Below are positions 1 to 13,444 of a stretch of 64,000 bases of DNA, in pieces. The notes below the pieces were generated by a model that saw only the letters and a program-made list of their open reading frames with translations, did not search any database and was not told the origin of the DNA. The stretch lies in NCBI GenBank assembly GCA_951406725.2, contig OX597830.1, forward strand, positions 9,176,001 through 9,240,000. The letters run 5' to 3'. Origin of the DNA: Octopus vulgaris. Its lineage: Eukaryota. Made by a program: the position numbers and the translations under genes. Each line of letters begins with the position of its first letter. Within the stretch, counting starts at the first letter, position 1.

Positions 1-99
1 TATGCACATGTAGAGATGTGTAGAAGCACCTGAACAATTATATAGACACACATTCATATATAGATCCATCCGTACATAGGCACGCGCACGCACACACAC

Positions 100-124
100 C
101 TCTCTCTATATATACATATATACG

Positions 125-166
<42 letters not shown>

Positions 167-366
167 CATACAAGTATATATATATATATATATATATATA
201 CAGGTATATATATATGTATATATATACGAGTATATATACACAGGTATATGTACATATACAAGTATATATACACAGGTAAATATATATATATGCATATACC
301 TGTGTATATATACTTGTATATATATATACATATATATATATACCTGTATATATATATACTTGTATG

Positions 367-398
<32 letters not shown>

Positions 399-540
399 CA
401 AGCATATATACATAGATAGATATATATATGTATATATACAAGTATATACACAGGTATATATGTATGTATATATACAGGTACATACACACACAAGTATATA
501 CACACGCATACGTACATTTACAAACGAACATGTAGATACA
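100..540. repeat. (TA)n/(TATG)n low-complexity microsatellite tract
   Basis: Directly visible di-/tetranucleotide repeats; source of YIYI-type pseudo-ORFs. Confidence 0.95.
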
Positions 541-1239
541 AGTTTTTAAAGTTGCTTGCGAATCTTCTCCATCGTCATCGCCATCACTGCCGCCGCCATC
601 ATCCGTTCCAGCACGACCAACCACCATTGTTCTTCTCATCAGCCCTGACCACCGCCACCACCGCCACCACCACCACAACCAGTACAACTACCGCCACAGC
701 TACCACCAGTACCATCGCAACAACAACTCCCCCACCACCATCTCAACCACAACCATCGTCATTATTATTGGCATCATCATCATCACCACTACCATCATCA
801 TCATCATCATCACCACTACCATCATCACCATCATCGTAATCATCGTTCTCCTCCTCCTCCTCATCCTCCTTTTCCTCCACCTCCTCAATCACCTATCATG
901 ACCACTCATTTAATGATTATTGACACCTGTATTTTTTATGTTGTATTTGCATGAAAAGGCATACCTGTGCGCGTGCACGAATACATCAAACCCCCGCCGC
1001 CTACAACCCACCCCCACACAAACACGGATACACACTCACACGCACACACACACACACACACACACGCGCGCGCGCGGCTGTATCTGAAGGTTGCTGTCCG
1101 AACAGGGATGAAACGATTAGACAGTGTCTCAGGTGTTGGACTTTTCATTAGAAGCACTCGTTTTCCCCTCTTCGACCGCATTACGCCCTCTCGCTTTTCT
1201 TTTCAGAGCAGAAAACTACAATGTAGATTATCTTAATGT

Positions 1240-1460
1240 CACACACACGCAGAGAAAACACACACACACACGCAGAAAAACACACACACACGCAGAAAAA
1301 CACACACACACACGCAGAAAAACACACACACACGCAGAAAAACACACACACACGCAGAAAAACACACACACACACGCAGAAAAACACACACACACGCAGA
1401 AAAACACACACACACACGCAGAAAAACACAGACACACACACACGCAGAAAAACACACACA
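1240..1460. repeat. Minisatellite, unit ~CACACACACGCAGAAAAA, about 10 copies
   Basis: GCAGAAAAA recurs every ~20-22 bp, separated by (CA)n. Confidence 0.9.
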
Positions 1461-1931
1461 CACACACACACACAAACACACGCATACACTCACACACGCG
1501 TACACTCACACACGCATACACTCACACACGCATGCATTCACACACTCGCACGCGCACACACACACACACACATACACGCAAACGCACACACTCACATACA
1601 CACAGACTCGCACAAATACATACACACTTACGCACGCATATACAGAACTGCACGCACACATACTCGCTCACATACACACAGACACACACTCACATGCTTC
1701 TATGTATGCATGTAAAAAATAATAAAAATGGTTCAGAGTGAAATAGATTTACGAGATTAAAATATCCGAGAAGAAAACATAAGAGAACACAAACTCTTTC
1801 AACCCCACATCAGTTGTCGGCCAGATATCAGCACAATTTCGACATCTGTATATACATGCTACACACACACACCTCCTTTTCCTCTCCTTTTTTTTCTCTC
1901 CTTTTCTCTCTCCTTGTTTTTTTTTGTGTCC

Positions 1932-1967
1932 CTTTCTGTAGAAGAGCGTAGGCTCGAGACGTAAAAG
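1932..1967 (+). ncRNA. Minimal hammerhead-like motif (CUGUNGAA core) in a Penelope-like terminal fragment
   Basis: cttt-CTGTAGAA-gagc(gtag)gctc-GAGA-cgt-a-aaag; related copies at 50196-50230 and 41177-41195 have GAAA. Confidence 0.5.
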
Positions 1968-2120
1968 ACTTTTTCTATTCCTGAGCGTTAAACTAATACA
2001 TCTGTTTGTTTTCTACACCACCTGTCTTCGTCTTTTTTTTCGTAAACTCTCCCTATATATACATACATACATACATACATACATACATACATACATACAT
2101 ACATACATACGTAGTGCGAA

Positions 2121-2336
2121 CGAGTGAGTGCTAAAAACTTCCTGACTTTGAGCAAAAGAAAATACAGAAGGATCAGTTAATTATAATTTTATTCAACATA
2201 TTCCCCCCAGATTCACACACTTATTTGCAGCGGTCCTTCAGTTTTTCTAAGTTCTCTAAAAGAACTCGGAAGGCTGGGCCTCCAGCCTGGCCTTTCACGA
2301 TACTCTTAAAGCCAGGAACCTTTCAGCACACCCTTG
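2121..2336 (+). mobile_element. Mariner-derived MITE (~216 bp), diverged
   Basis: Imperfect TIRs cgag(t)g(a)gtgct(a)aaaa..cctg / gccaggaacctttcagcacacccttg; homologous to 55002-55217 in opposite orientation. Confidence 0.75.
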
Positions 2337-2437
2337 TGCATACGTTCATACAAACTTACGTAAATGCATATGTGTGTTATGCATAAATAAATGTATATCT
2401 ATCTAACTATCTGCCAACCTATCTGTCTGTCTGTCTC

Positions 2438-2494
<57 letters not shown>

Positions 2495-2496
<2 letters not shown>

Positions 2497-2675
2497 ATAT
2501 CATGACCTTTCTGTGATACACGATCCCTATTGATCGTCTTTTCTTTCTTTTTTTACGATCCCTTTTGATCGAAAACCTACACCCCTTTTTTTCTTTTTTT
2601 TTCTTCCCAAAGAGAAAAGCTCTACTTTGTAACTTGTCCCCTCTGTGTTCAGCCTTGTGTGGCTAATAAAGAAAC
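2495..2675 (+). mobile_element. Probable LINE 3' UTR remnant
   Basis: Ends ttgtcccctctgtgttcagccttgtgtggctAATAAAgaaa, nearly identical to the tail of the 184-bp SINE unit (e.g. 21074-21117). Confidence 0.5.
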
Positions 2676-2704
2676 ATATCTATCTATCTATCTATGCATC
2701 CATT

Positions 2705-2884
<180 letters not shown>

Positions 2885-3574
2885 TCGGTGTCCCTTTGCA
2901 GAAGGTGGCTGGCCTTATATCATTGATTCACTCATTGAACCCGTTTTATGACCCCGATGTTTACTGTTAAACCACTAGATTGGGAGCCTATGGACGTCAC
3001 TGTATCTTCAGACATTTTATCTACAGACGTTGCAAAATGCAATTTCATTCCTTTACGATGGATAGTTGGTTAACAGAACCGTGAAACTAACAGTCGCTAT
3101 GTGTTACAGACACCCCCCCACACACACACATGAATATATGCACAGTCGGCTCAGGTATGTGTGTGAGTGTGCATGTGTGTGTTTTAATAATAACAGTGGC
3201 GAACAAATTTCAAATTTTTGTCTATTGAATTAGATTTGACATTTAGTCACAGGTAATTTTTGTTGCACTGAGCACGAATTTTGAACTCGGTTTTGCCCTA
3301 TCAAGTTCTGATTTTGTCTGTGAACTGTGTCAGGCGCCTGTTTGTCGGCGTTTGGAAAAGCATTAATACGAACGACTTACGTTTATGAATATTATTAAAA
3401 ATAATATTCATGTACAAGTTTATTTTTACCTGTAAAATAGAATGTGCTTGAAGAAAGCAGGTTTTTCTACGTTTTGAAGCTAAAATTTCCGCAACTTTTT
3501 TTCTTTTTGGCAAGCTTAGATTCCTTACAAGATCATTCAAGTCGGCCTGGTTAAACTTTTGTGTATTATTAGAT

Positions 3575-4099
3575 CAACACCAGTACGTAACTGGTACTTA
3601 ATTTATCGACTCCTCAAAGATGAAAGGCAAAGTTGACCTCGGCGGAATTTGAACTCGGAACATAAAGACTGACGAAATACCTATTTCTTTACTACCCACA
3701 AGGGGCTAAACACAGAGAGGACAAACAAGGACAGACAAAGGGATTAAGTTGATTACATCGACCCCAGTGCCTAACTGGTACTTATTTAATCGACCCCAAA
3801 AGGATGAAAGGCAAAGTGGACCTCGGCGGAATTTGAACTCAGAACGTAGCGGCAGACGAGATACCCATTTCTTTACTACCCATAAAGGGCTACACACAGA
3901 GGGGACAAACAAGGACAGACAAACAGATTAAGTCGATTATATCGATCGCAGTGCATAACTGGTACTTAAATAATCGACCCCGAAAGGATGAAAGGCAAAG
4001 TCGACATCGGCGGAATTTGAACTCGCAACGTAACGGCAGACGAAATAGCGCTACGCATTTCGCCCGGCGTGCTTAACGATTCTGCCAGCTCGCCGCCTT
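3575..4099 (-). mobile_element. tRNA-derived Nin/Deu-domain SINE with tandem internal units
   Basis: Minus-strand head ggcggcgagctggcagaatcgttaagcacg, B-box gagttcaaat, repeated gcctttcatcctttcggggtcgat..aagtacc core; ~3 units. Confidence 0.85.
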
Positions 4100-4383
4100 A
4101 TAATGACCATGATACTGTCAACAACTACAAGAACAAGTGTCACAACAAGGACCCCAGCAAGAACTACCGCCACAACTACAATGACAACTGCAACATTAGC
4201 CACAACATCAAGATACTTCGAGATATATTTTTAATGAGGTTACGGTGTCTAAATGATAGCGAAATTAAGTCAGTGTGTGTATTTGTGTGTGTGTGTGTGT
4301 GTTTGAGCATGTGTATCCATGAGAGATAGTGTGTGTGCTTGAGTGAGCGTGTGTGTATGTGTGTGTGTGTGTGTGTGTGTGTT

Positions 4384-4428
<45 letters not shown>

Positions 4429-5225
4429 GTGTATGAGTGAGAGCCGTGTTGCAATTGGTTTTCTTGTTTCTGTCAGTGAAACTCTCTCCAAGACAATTTA
4501 GCTGTCATTCAAACATGACAGCTTTTAATCGTTGAGAAATTAGATTCGCTGCCGTCCCAAAACGGTTTAATTGTTCTCTCACCATCCCCCTTACCTTTCA
4601 TCTTTCTATGTCTGTCTCGCTGTCTGTCTGTCTGTCTCTCTGTCCCCCCCGCCTCTCTCTCACTCATCAACCCTATCTTTCGCCACCTTCCATCCTCTCT
4701 CTCTCTCTTTTTCTCTCTCTCCCACTCATCATCTCTACCTTTCGCCACCTTTCTCTGTTAGCGTCTGTCTGTCCCTATCTCTCTCTTTCTCTCCCCTCTC
4801 TCTCTCTCAATCATCAACCCTACCTTTAGCCACTTTTCTCTCTCTCTCTTGTCTATCTCTCTGTCCCCCTCTCTCTCTAATCCTTCCATTATCTGTACCC
4901 CTCACCTTTCTTCCCCTTGTCTCTTACCATCACCCTCTCACTCCTTCCGCCCCTGCATTCTCTCTCTCTCTCTCACCTACTTTTCACACACCCTCACCCA
5001 TTCTCCTTTACTCCTCTCTAAATAACTCCATCATCTCCCACTTCCCTCTTCCTCTCCCTCACAAACTTCCTCCTCCTTCCCCTCTCTTCTACCGCCTCTC
5101 TCCTCTCTCACAGTCTCTCCCCTTTCTCTCACCGCTTCTCCTCTCTTCAACCCCTCTCTCTACTTCCTTCTATCTACTCCCACTTCTCTCTTTCACACAT
5201 TAACATCTCTCTATCTCTCCTCTCC

Positions 5226-5623
5226 CTCTTTTACTTATTTCAGTCAGTTGACTGCGACCATGCTGGAGCACTGCCTTTAGTCGAGCAAATCGACCCCAGG
5301 ACTTATTCTTTTTAAGCCTAGTACTTATTCTATCGGCCTCTTTTTGCCGAACTGGTAAGTTACGGGGACGTAAACACACCAGCATCGGTTGTCAAATGAT
5401 GCTGGGGGATGGGGGCAATCACAAATACACAAACATATACAAACACATATATACATATATACGACGGGCTTCTTTCAGTTTCCGTCTACCAAATCCACTC
5501 ACAAGGCTTTGGTTAGCCCGAGTCTACAGAGAAGACACTTGCCTAAGGTGCCACGCAGTGGGAATGAACCTGGAACCATGTGGCTGGTAAGCAAGCTACT
5601 TACCACACAGCCACTCCTGCGCC
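5226..5623 (-). mobile_element. SINE family A (tRNA head, ccttgggcaagtgtcttct body, internal microsatellite, tail gactgaaacaagtaaaaga)
   Basis: Full-length similarity to the other copies in the window (8187, 39826, 60047). Confidence 0.9.
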
Positions 5624-5732
5624 ACTCCACTCCCCTTCACTCTCTCTGTCACCTTATTATCCTACATATTTTTCTCTTCCTCTTTCTCCCCCCTCTCATA
5701 CTTTTTCTCGTCTTTCCTATTATATTTCATCT

Positions 5733-6323
5733 TCTACTTGTTTCACTCACTGGACTGCGGCCAAGCTGGGGCAACACCTTCACTAACTTAGTCGAACAAG
5801 TTAACCCAAGTACTCACGTTTTAAGACTGGTACTTATTTTATCGGTCTCTTCTGCCGAACCGCTAACTTATGGGATGTGAATAAACCAACACCGACTATT
5901 AGTGTGTGTGTGTTTGTCTGACTGTCTGTCTGTCGACAGACAGACAGACAGTCAGACACAAACACACACACACACACGCATACTCACACCCAGACACACA
6001 CACGCACTCACAAACACACACACACACTCACACCCAGACACACACACGCACTCACAAACACACACACACACGTACGTATACACACGCACACACTCATACA
6101 CACACACACACACACACACACGCAAAGGCATACACAAACACACTCATACACACGCACTCACACACAAACATACATGTACACACACACAAATTCTCCCACA
6201 ATGCATTGGTCAGCTCGGTGGTAAAATAAAAATAAAAACTTTTGATGTCCGCTCGGTGAGACTGAACCTAAAACCTCAAGGTTGCAAAGCGACTTCCTTA
6301 ACCACACCACCAATGCCTGTCCC
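5733..6323 (-). mobile_element. SINE family A, diverged, with expanded internal (CA)n
   Basis: 3' part at 5733-5900 and degenerate head at 6190-6323. Confidence 0.6.
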
Positions 6324-6589
6324 TAGAAGACTGAAGAGAACATTTAACCCTTCACCTTCTCCTCTCTCTACCACTCTTTCCCCCTCTCTCTCTCTTACAT
6401 TTTCCTCTTCCTCATTCCTGTCTCTGATCTTTCCTCCCCTGCTTCCCCCCATCACCCTCCTCTTCCTACCACTCTTATCTCTACCATTCCCGCCCACCCT
6501 CACTTCTTTCCGCCATTCAGCCTTCCTCTCCCTATCTCACCACCCTCACTCTTTCCTCACTCTCATTATACCACCACCTCTTAGTCTTT

Positions 6590-6925
6590 CTTTTCCTTCC
6601 TTCCTTCCTTCCTTCCTTCCTTCCTGCCTTCCTTCCTTCCTTCCTTCCTTCCTTCCTTCCTTCCTTCCTCCCTTCCTCCCTTCTTTCCTTCATTCCTTTC
6701 TTCCTCTCTTTCCTTCCTTCCTTTCTTCCTCTCTTTCCTTCCTTCCTCTCTTTCCTTCCATCCTTCCTTCCTTCCTTCCTTCCTCTCTCTCATCCCTTCC
6801 TTCCTCTCTCTCTTCCCTTCCTCCCTTCCTTCCTTCCTTCCTTCCTTCCTTCCTTCCTTCCTTCCTTCCTTCCTTCCTTCCTTCCTTCCTTCCTTCCTTC
6901 CTTCCTTCCTTCCTTCCTTCCTTCT
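6590..6925. repeat. (CTTC)n microsatellite
   Basis: Direct observation. Confidence 0.95.
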
Positions 6926-7160
6926 CCCCCCTCTCCCACCATCGCATCTCGATCATTCTCTCCTTACCCTTATTGCTGTTTGTTGTTGTTGTTGTTGTTG
7001 TTGCTGGCGCTGAAGATCGATTGCAAAATACTTGACTTAATTTCACTTAAACCAGATTTAAGGCACAACCATAACAGCTATATCAACAACAACAACAACA
7101 ACAACAACCCAAGTAGTCCCCCCCCACCACCACAACAGCAGCAGCAGCAGCAGTAGCGGC

Positions 7161-7201
<41 letters not shown>

Positions 7202-7299
7202 TTGGGTTTGGATCGGGATTAGCATCTCGTCCCAGGCACACACTCTCGCACAGACATATACGAACGTGTATATAGTTACGTATAGAATATACGTACATA

Positions 7300-7474
7300 G
7301 GTGCAGGAGTGGCTGTGTGGTAAGTAGCTTGGTTACGAACCTCATGGTTCCGGGTTCAGTTCCACTGCGTGGCACCTTGGGCAAGTGTCTTCTACTATAG
7401 CCTCGGGCCGACAAAAGCCTTGTGAATAGTTGTGGTGGACGGAAACTGAAAGAAGCCCGTCGTATATATGTATA

Positions 7475-7510
<36 letters not shown>

Positions 7511-7972
7511 TGTATGTATGTATGTATGTATATGTCTGTGTTTGTCCTCCCGACATCACTTGACAACCGATGCTGGTGTATTTACGTCCTCGTAACTTAG
7601 CGGTTCGGCAAAAGAAACCGATAGAATAAGTACTAGGCTTACAACGAATAAGTCCTAAAGGCGGTGCTGCAGCATGGCCAAATTCTGGGTTCAGTCCCAG
7701 TGCATGGCACCTTGGACAAGTGTCTTCTACTATAGCCTCGAGCTGACCTAAGCCTTGTGAGTGGATTTGGTGGGCGGAAACTGGAAGAAGCCTGTCGAAT
7801 ACACACACATACACGTATATGTGTGTCTGTATTTGTCCGCACCCACCATCGCTTGACAATCGATGTCGGTATGTTTACCTCCCCGAAAGTTAGCAGTTCG
7901 GCAAAAGAGACTGATAGAATAAGTACTAGGCTTACAAAGAATAAGTCCTGGGATCACTTTGCTCGACTAAAG
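7300..7972 (+). mobile_element. Two adjacent SINE family A copies (7300-7680 and truncated 7681-7972)
   Basis: Head ggtgcaggagtggctgtgtggtaag; body repeated twice. Confidence 0.85.
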
Positions 7973-7974
7973 CA

Positions 7975-9336
7975 ATGACTAAAACAAATAAAAGCGAATA
8001 AAAAGAAAATTATATCCAAAGTTTTCCAACATTTAGAGGATAATACAGCAATCCGAAAGCTGATGTCTGTTAGGAAAGGAACTAAATGATACCATTTTAA
8101 ACAATGTTGAGACTTAATATTCAAACACAAATGGAAAGAATATATGCTTGCGGAACTGGAATGGGGAAAAAAAAAAAAAAAATTCTGAGTGGCTGTGTGG
8201 TAAGTAGCTTGCTTACGTACCACATGCTTCCGGGTTCAGTCTCACTGCGTGGCACCTTGGGCAAGTGTCTTCTACTATAGCCTCGGGTCGACCAAAGCCT
8301 TGTGAGTGGGTTTGGTAGACGGAAATTGAAAGAAGCCCGTCGTATATATGTATATATATATTTATGTATGTGTGTATAAGTTTGTGTGTATGTGTTTGTC
8401 CCCCAGCATCGCTTGACAACCGATGCTGGTGTGTTTACGTCCCCATAACTTAGCGGTTCGGCAAAAAAGAGACCGATAGAATAAGTACTAGGCTTACAAA
8501 GAATAAGTCCTGGAGTCGATTTGATCGACTAAAGGCTGTGCTCCAGCATGGCCACAGTCACATGACTGAAACAAGTAAAAGAGTAAAGAGTATAAAGACA
8601 ACAACAGATACTAAATTACGATGGTACCAATTTAGAATTATACACAATATTTTAACAACTATTTCTCTGTTGTTCAAGATTAAACTGGCCGAAAGCAACC
8701 CGTGCGTTTTTTGTCAACGGGAGGTGGAAACGGTGTCACACCTTTTCTGGTATTGTGAATGTGTACAGGCCTTCTCTCTACGCTTCTTAGATTTGCTGTA
8801 TGAAAAGTGCACACACGCTCGCAACATGAAACTCGACCGACAGCTCATTTTATTCGAACTGAGAAAAAAACACAAATGCTGATAACATCTTTGATTGGCT
8901 AATATTAACGGGCAATTTTTCTTTTATATATAAAAGCAAAGTGGCAAAAAAAACAGTCAGCTTCTAAACGTTTTAGGTACTTTGTGCACGACAGGTATCT
9001 AATAAAAAAAAACAACAAAAAAACAAACAAACAGATTTTACAATGAAAACAAGTAAGATGAATGTCATAAAAAATGGGGTCTCTACCTTGAGTCTGTAAA
9101 CACGTCGTAGTTCTCTAGTGTTATTTCCTGTAGAACTGTATTAAAATTTTATTAGTGATTTGGTGCATAGTCTATTTTATTGTATTCTATTTCTATTGTA
9201 GTCTATTTTTATTTACTTTTTGTTTATGCTTTTCTCTCTCTTCTCTTTCTCTTTTTTTATGTATTTATTAAGATTTGTTATTTCTATTTTTGTTGCTTTC
9301 TCTTTCTTTCTCTTCAAAAAAAAAAAAAAAAAAAAG
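7975..9336 (+). pseudogene. L1/Tx1-like LINE ORF2 C-terminus (zf-RVT) plus 3' UTR and poly(A), interrupted by a SINE
   Basis: TKLRWYQFRIIHNILTT...CVFCQREVETVSHLFWYC (CxxC..H..C knuckle) at ~8600-8770; T-rich UTR and A-tract ending at 9336. Confidence 0.75.
8187..8591 (+). mobile_element. SINE family A inserted in the LINE
   Basis: Near full length; tail gactgaaacaagtaaaagagtaaagag. Confidence 0.9.
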
Positions 9337-9464
9337 AAACTCCCGTTATCCAATTGTTTTATACGAGACTTCACGGTCCCCTGGCCGTGCCGTTTCAAAT
9401 TATAACGGAAAACCGGAAATAAAAAGTTAATTATATAAAAAAATATATCCAACTTCATTTGTTA

Positions 9465-9499
<35 letters not shown>

Positions 9500-9596
9500 C
9501 TAGGGGAAAAAAAATGATCTAATGTAGGGGAAGTAACTCTACGTTCAACCGCGAGGAATTGTTTTAAGTACGTCATATATAACCACTCATAGCTTA

Positions 9597-9985
9597 CTAG
9601 CAGTATCGCTCGGGTTTGTTTCGACCCTTTAGAATTGGAATTTTTGAAAAGTAAAAATTTTGCATTATGTAGCTTGTTATTCTCTTTAAGTGAACATTTT
9701 TCTGGTTGAAATACACTGAAAAATGGCGACACAGCAGTGAAAAAATCGTAAAAAATAGGGATTTTCATAGAAAAAAAAGCACCTTTTTGATGTAAATAAT
9801 TTTTGGTGTTAACATGGTCCGATTTGAATTTTTTCTTCTACGGAATGAAGAGCAAGCCTTCATCTATCATACTCTCAATTTTGGTCAACTTGCATCACAG
9901 TGTCTCGGAGGAGATAGTGTTAGTTGAAGGCTACCAAACCTGCCACACACACACAGACAACTTCAGCTTTATATATAGAGAGAGA
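9597..9985 (-). mobile_element. Non-autonomous Helitron-like element
   Basis: Minus strand begins TCtc..tatatataaa..gtctgtgtg and ends cccgagcgatactgCTAG|T; 3' end shared with 26405-26778. Confidence 0.65.
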
Positions 9986-10101
9986 TTTATTTTGGCGAAT
10001 TTTGAGAACATTTTCCCCAATTTGTGTTCTACACATGAGAATATACAAGACTATGCAAAACCTGAATAGAAAAAAAATTTGTGTGATTTAAGGGGTATTT
10101 A

Positions 10102-11394
10102 CGAGGGGCGTTCAATAAGTAATGCCCCTGACCCACTTCCCATAGCAGTAGAGTAACGAAACTTGGCACAGTTATTAGTCTTTTTCTACATAGGAACCAC
10201 CCAGAGTTACGCATTTCTCCCATTGTTTGATGCAGCTCTGGAGACCGTTTTTGTAGAAGACCCCAGCTTGGTCCTCCAACCTGAACGCGACTTCAGAAAT
10301 CAAGGCTGCATCATCTGGGAAACGCTTTCCTTTCAAAAACAACTTCATGGCTGGGAAGAGGTGAAAATCAGAGGGTGCAAGGTCAGGAAAGTAGGGGGGA
10401 TGGGGGAGGAGTTCATAGCCATACGCCTGTGCTTCTGATCTGGCGACAAGCGAGTTGTGGACCGGAGCGTTGTCCTGCAGGAGGAGGATGCCTTTGCTGA
10501 TCTTGCCCATCCTCTTGATTTTGATAACTTCTCTTAATTTCCTCAAAAGTGAAGCATAATAGGCTCCTGTAATTGTGGTGCCCTTTGCCAGGAAATCTGT
10601 CTTCACTACTCCGTCCTGGTCCCAGAAGACTGTGAGCATGACCTTGCCAGCGGAGGGCTGCACCCTTGCCTTTTTTGGAGGAGGTGAGTCACGGTGCTTC
10701 CACTGCATTGACTGGGCTTTGGTCTCTGGATCATCGTGATGGACCCAGGTTTCATCCTGTGTAATCAGTCTTTTGAAAAATTTTGACTCATCTTCTTGGC
10801 ACATCTCCAAATTCACCCTCGAGCAGTCGACGCGTTCTTGCTTCTGGAAAGGCGTGAGCAACCTGGGAATCCATCTGGCAGACACCTTTTGCATATGCAA
10901 ATGGTCATGAATGATAGTTTCCACAGACCCGGTACTAATCTTGACCTCATGGGCTATTTGGCGAATAGTTATGCGTCGATCTTCCAAAATGGCAGCCTCA
11001 ACTTGACGGACAGATGCCTCATCAATGGCAGAAGGGGGACGACCAGATCTGGGAGCTGTTTCCACAGAGTTCCGACCATGTTTGAATTTACGATGCCAGG
11101 GTTTTACAAGGTCATATGATGGGGCATCATCACCATAAGTTACTTTCATTTCATCAAAAGTCTCCCGTGGTGTGCGTCCTTTCAAATACAAAAACCGGAT
11201 CACTGCTCGACACTCAACAGGCTCCATTTCACACTTGACTCGGTTCAAACACCTGTAAATCAGAAACCACAATTAATTCAGAGCTGTAATTTGCTACTTA
11301 CCCTATAGTGATATAAATAATTGCACATGCAAAATTTCAGCTAGATCAAACAACTGCAAGTGGGTCAGAGGCATTACTTATTGAACGTCCCTCG
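10102..11394 (-). mobile_element. Complete mariner (DD34D) transposon, 1293 bp
   Basis: 37-bp TIRs cgaggggcgttcaataagtaatgcccctgacccactt / aagtgggtcagaggcattacttattgaacgtccctcg (2 mismatches); TA on both sides. Confidence 0.97.
10175..11227 (-). CDS. Mariner transposase, uninterrupted ~350 aa (irritans-like)
   Basis: HTH N-terminus, WIPRLL, ITQDETW, LLQDNAPVH and YFPDLAPSDF with exactly 34 residues between D2 and D3. ATG at 11227 (MEPVECRAV) preferred over the upstream alternative start. Confidence 0.95.
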   Translation of the reverse strand: MEPVECRAVIRFLYLKGRTPRETFDEMKVTYGDDAPSYDLVKPWHRKFKHGRNSVETAPRSGRPPSAIDEASVRQVEAAILEDRRITIRQIAHEVKISTGSVETIIHDHLHMQKVSARWIPRLLTPFQKQERVDCSRVNLEMCQEDESKFFKRLITQDETWVHHDDPETKAQSMQWKHRDSPPPKKARVQPSAGKVMLTVFWDQDGVVKTDFLAKGTTITGAYYASLLRKLREVIKIKRMGKISKGILLLQDNAPVHNSLVARSEAQAYGYELLPHPPYFPDLAPSDFHLFPAMKLFLKGKRFPDDAALISEVAFRLEDQAGVFYKNGLQSCIKQWEKCVTLGGSYVEKD

Positions 11395-11535
11395 TAGGTA
11401 TTATTTTTAGCACATCTCACGACCACCTAAAACCGTCCTTGTTTGTCACTGAAGTATTGAAGCTTTTCTAAATCTTTCTCCGCATAAACACATTTACTGG
11501 TCTATTGATGGAATTTAAGCCCAACAATCGGACTA

Positions 11536-11705
11536 GGCGCAGGCGTGGCTGTGCGGTAAGAAGCTTGCTCCCGAACCACATGGTTCCGTTTTCAGTCTTA
11601 CTGTATGACACCTTGGAGAAGTGTCTTCTACTATAGCCTCGGGCCGACCAAAGACTTGTGAGTGGATTTGGTAGACCGAAACTGGAAGAAGTCCATCGTA
11701 TATAT
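11536..11705 (+). mobile_element. SINE family A 5' half (3' half at ~12200-12335)
   Basis: Head aggcgcaggcgtggctgtgcggtaag. Confidence 0.75.
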
Positions 11706-12095
11706 AAATTTAGAGGACTGACCACTCAAGATGGACAGCCTGTATGCTAGATATAGACGTCAAATTCGCCATTTTCCACGAAGAATGTGTTCTCAAGAAA
11801 AAACTCAGCAAAAAACCAAAGTGTAAAAATATGCAAAACAAATGAAAATATACGAAATAAAAAACAATTACCTATGTACTAATTAGCTTCACTTGTTAAT
11901 ATTTACGTATATGGATACATAAACATCTGCAAGATCGTCAGCATAGTCTGTCGTTTACGAAACACAATTTCCAGAACTAGATACAGAACGCTCAACAATT
12001 TTTAATCTTCGGATTTTTTAAAATATGCTAGGCCACTGGTTTTAATTGATTAATATCAATTTCTACCCTTATTCAATTATACATATACATATATA

Positions 12096-12156
<61 letters not shown>

Positions 12157-12779
12157 GTATATATATGTTTAAGTATATATTTGTGTGTGACTGCTTGCGT
12201 TTGTACCCCACCATCGCTTGACAACCGATGCAGGCTTACCAAGAATATCCTGGGGTCGATTTTTTCAACTAACTCCGTTTAAGGTGGTGCTCCAGCATGG
12301 CCGCAGTCAAATGGCTGAAATGAGTAAAAAAAAAAAGAAAAGTTGTATGAATTATCGTGTGTAGAACACAAATTTACAAAAACGTTCTGACAATTCCATA
12401 AAAAAATATGGGGTGGTTATATGGCATGCTTAAGGTAGAATTACACCCAACTGTGAATGAAGCATATTCGAGGGCTTAAAAAATTGTCTGAAAAAACTTA
12501 CCACGGGTTCTACATGTGGGGTTAGACTATTTATAAATTTTAGAGTATTAAAAAACTTTTTTTTCCTCCATGTGTATGCACTGCTGAAATTGTATCAGGT
12601 CTAATATATTCGTGGAGGGCCGTAGGTTAGTGCTTAGTGCAGTGTTTTTCAGCCATTTTATCCTTGCGTGACTCTTAAAATAAATTACATGTCTGAAGGA
12701 ACACCCGCATAAAAAAAACTTACATACCATATTTTTCTCATATACATTTTCTTCATCGTAGTTCACGTGGTAAATATCA

Positions 12780-13390
<611 letters not shown>

Positions 13391-13444
13391 ATATTTTGTT
13401 TGATAACATAATAGGTTAGCTAGGATAATGTCTATATTACAATA

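Noticed and set aside
2930-3020. Minus-strand CTGAAGA with downstream AAAAC
   Set aside because: No stem I and no GAAA.
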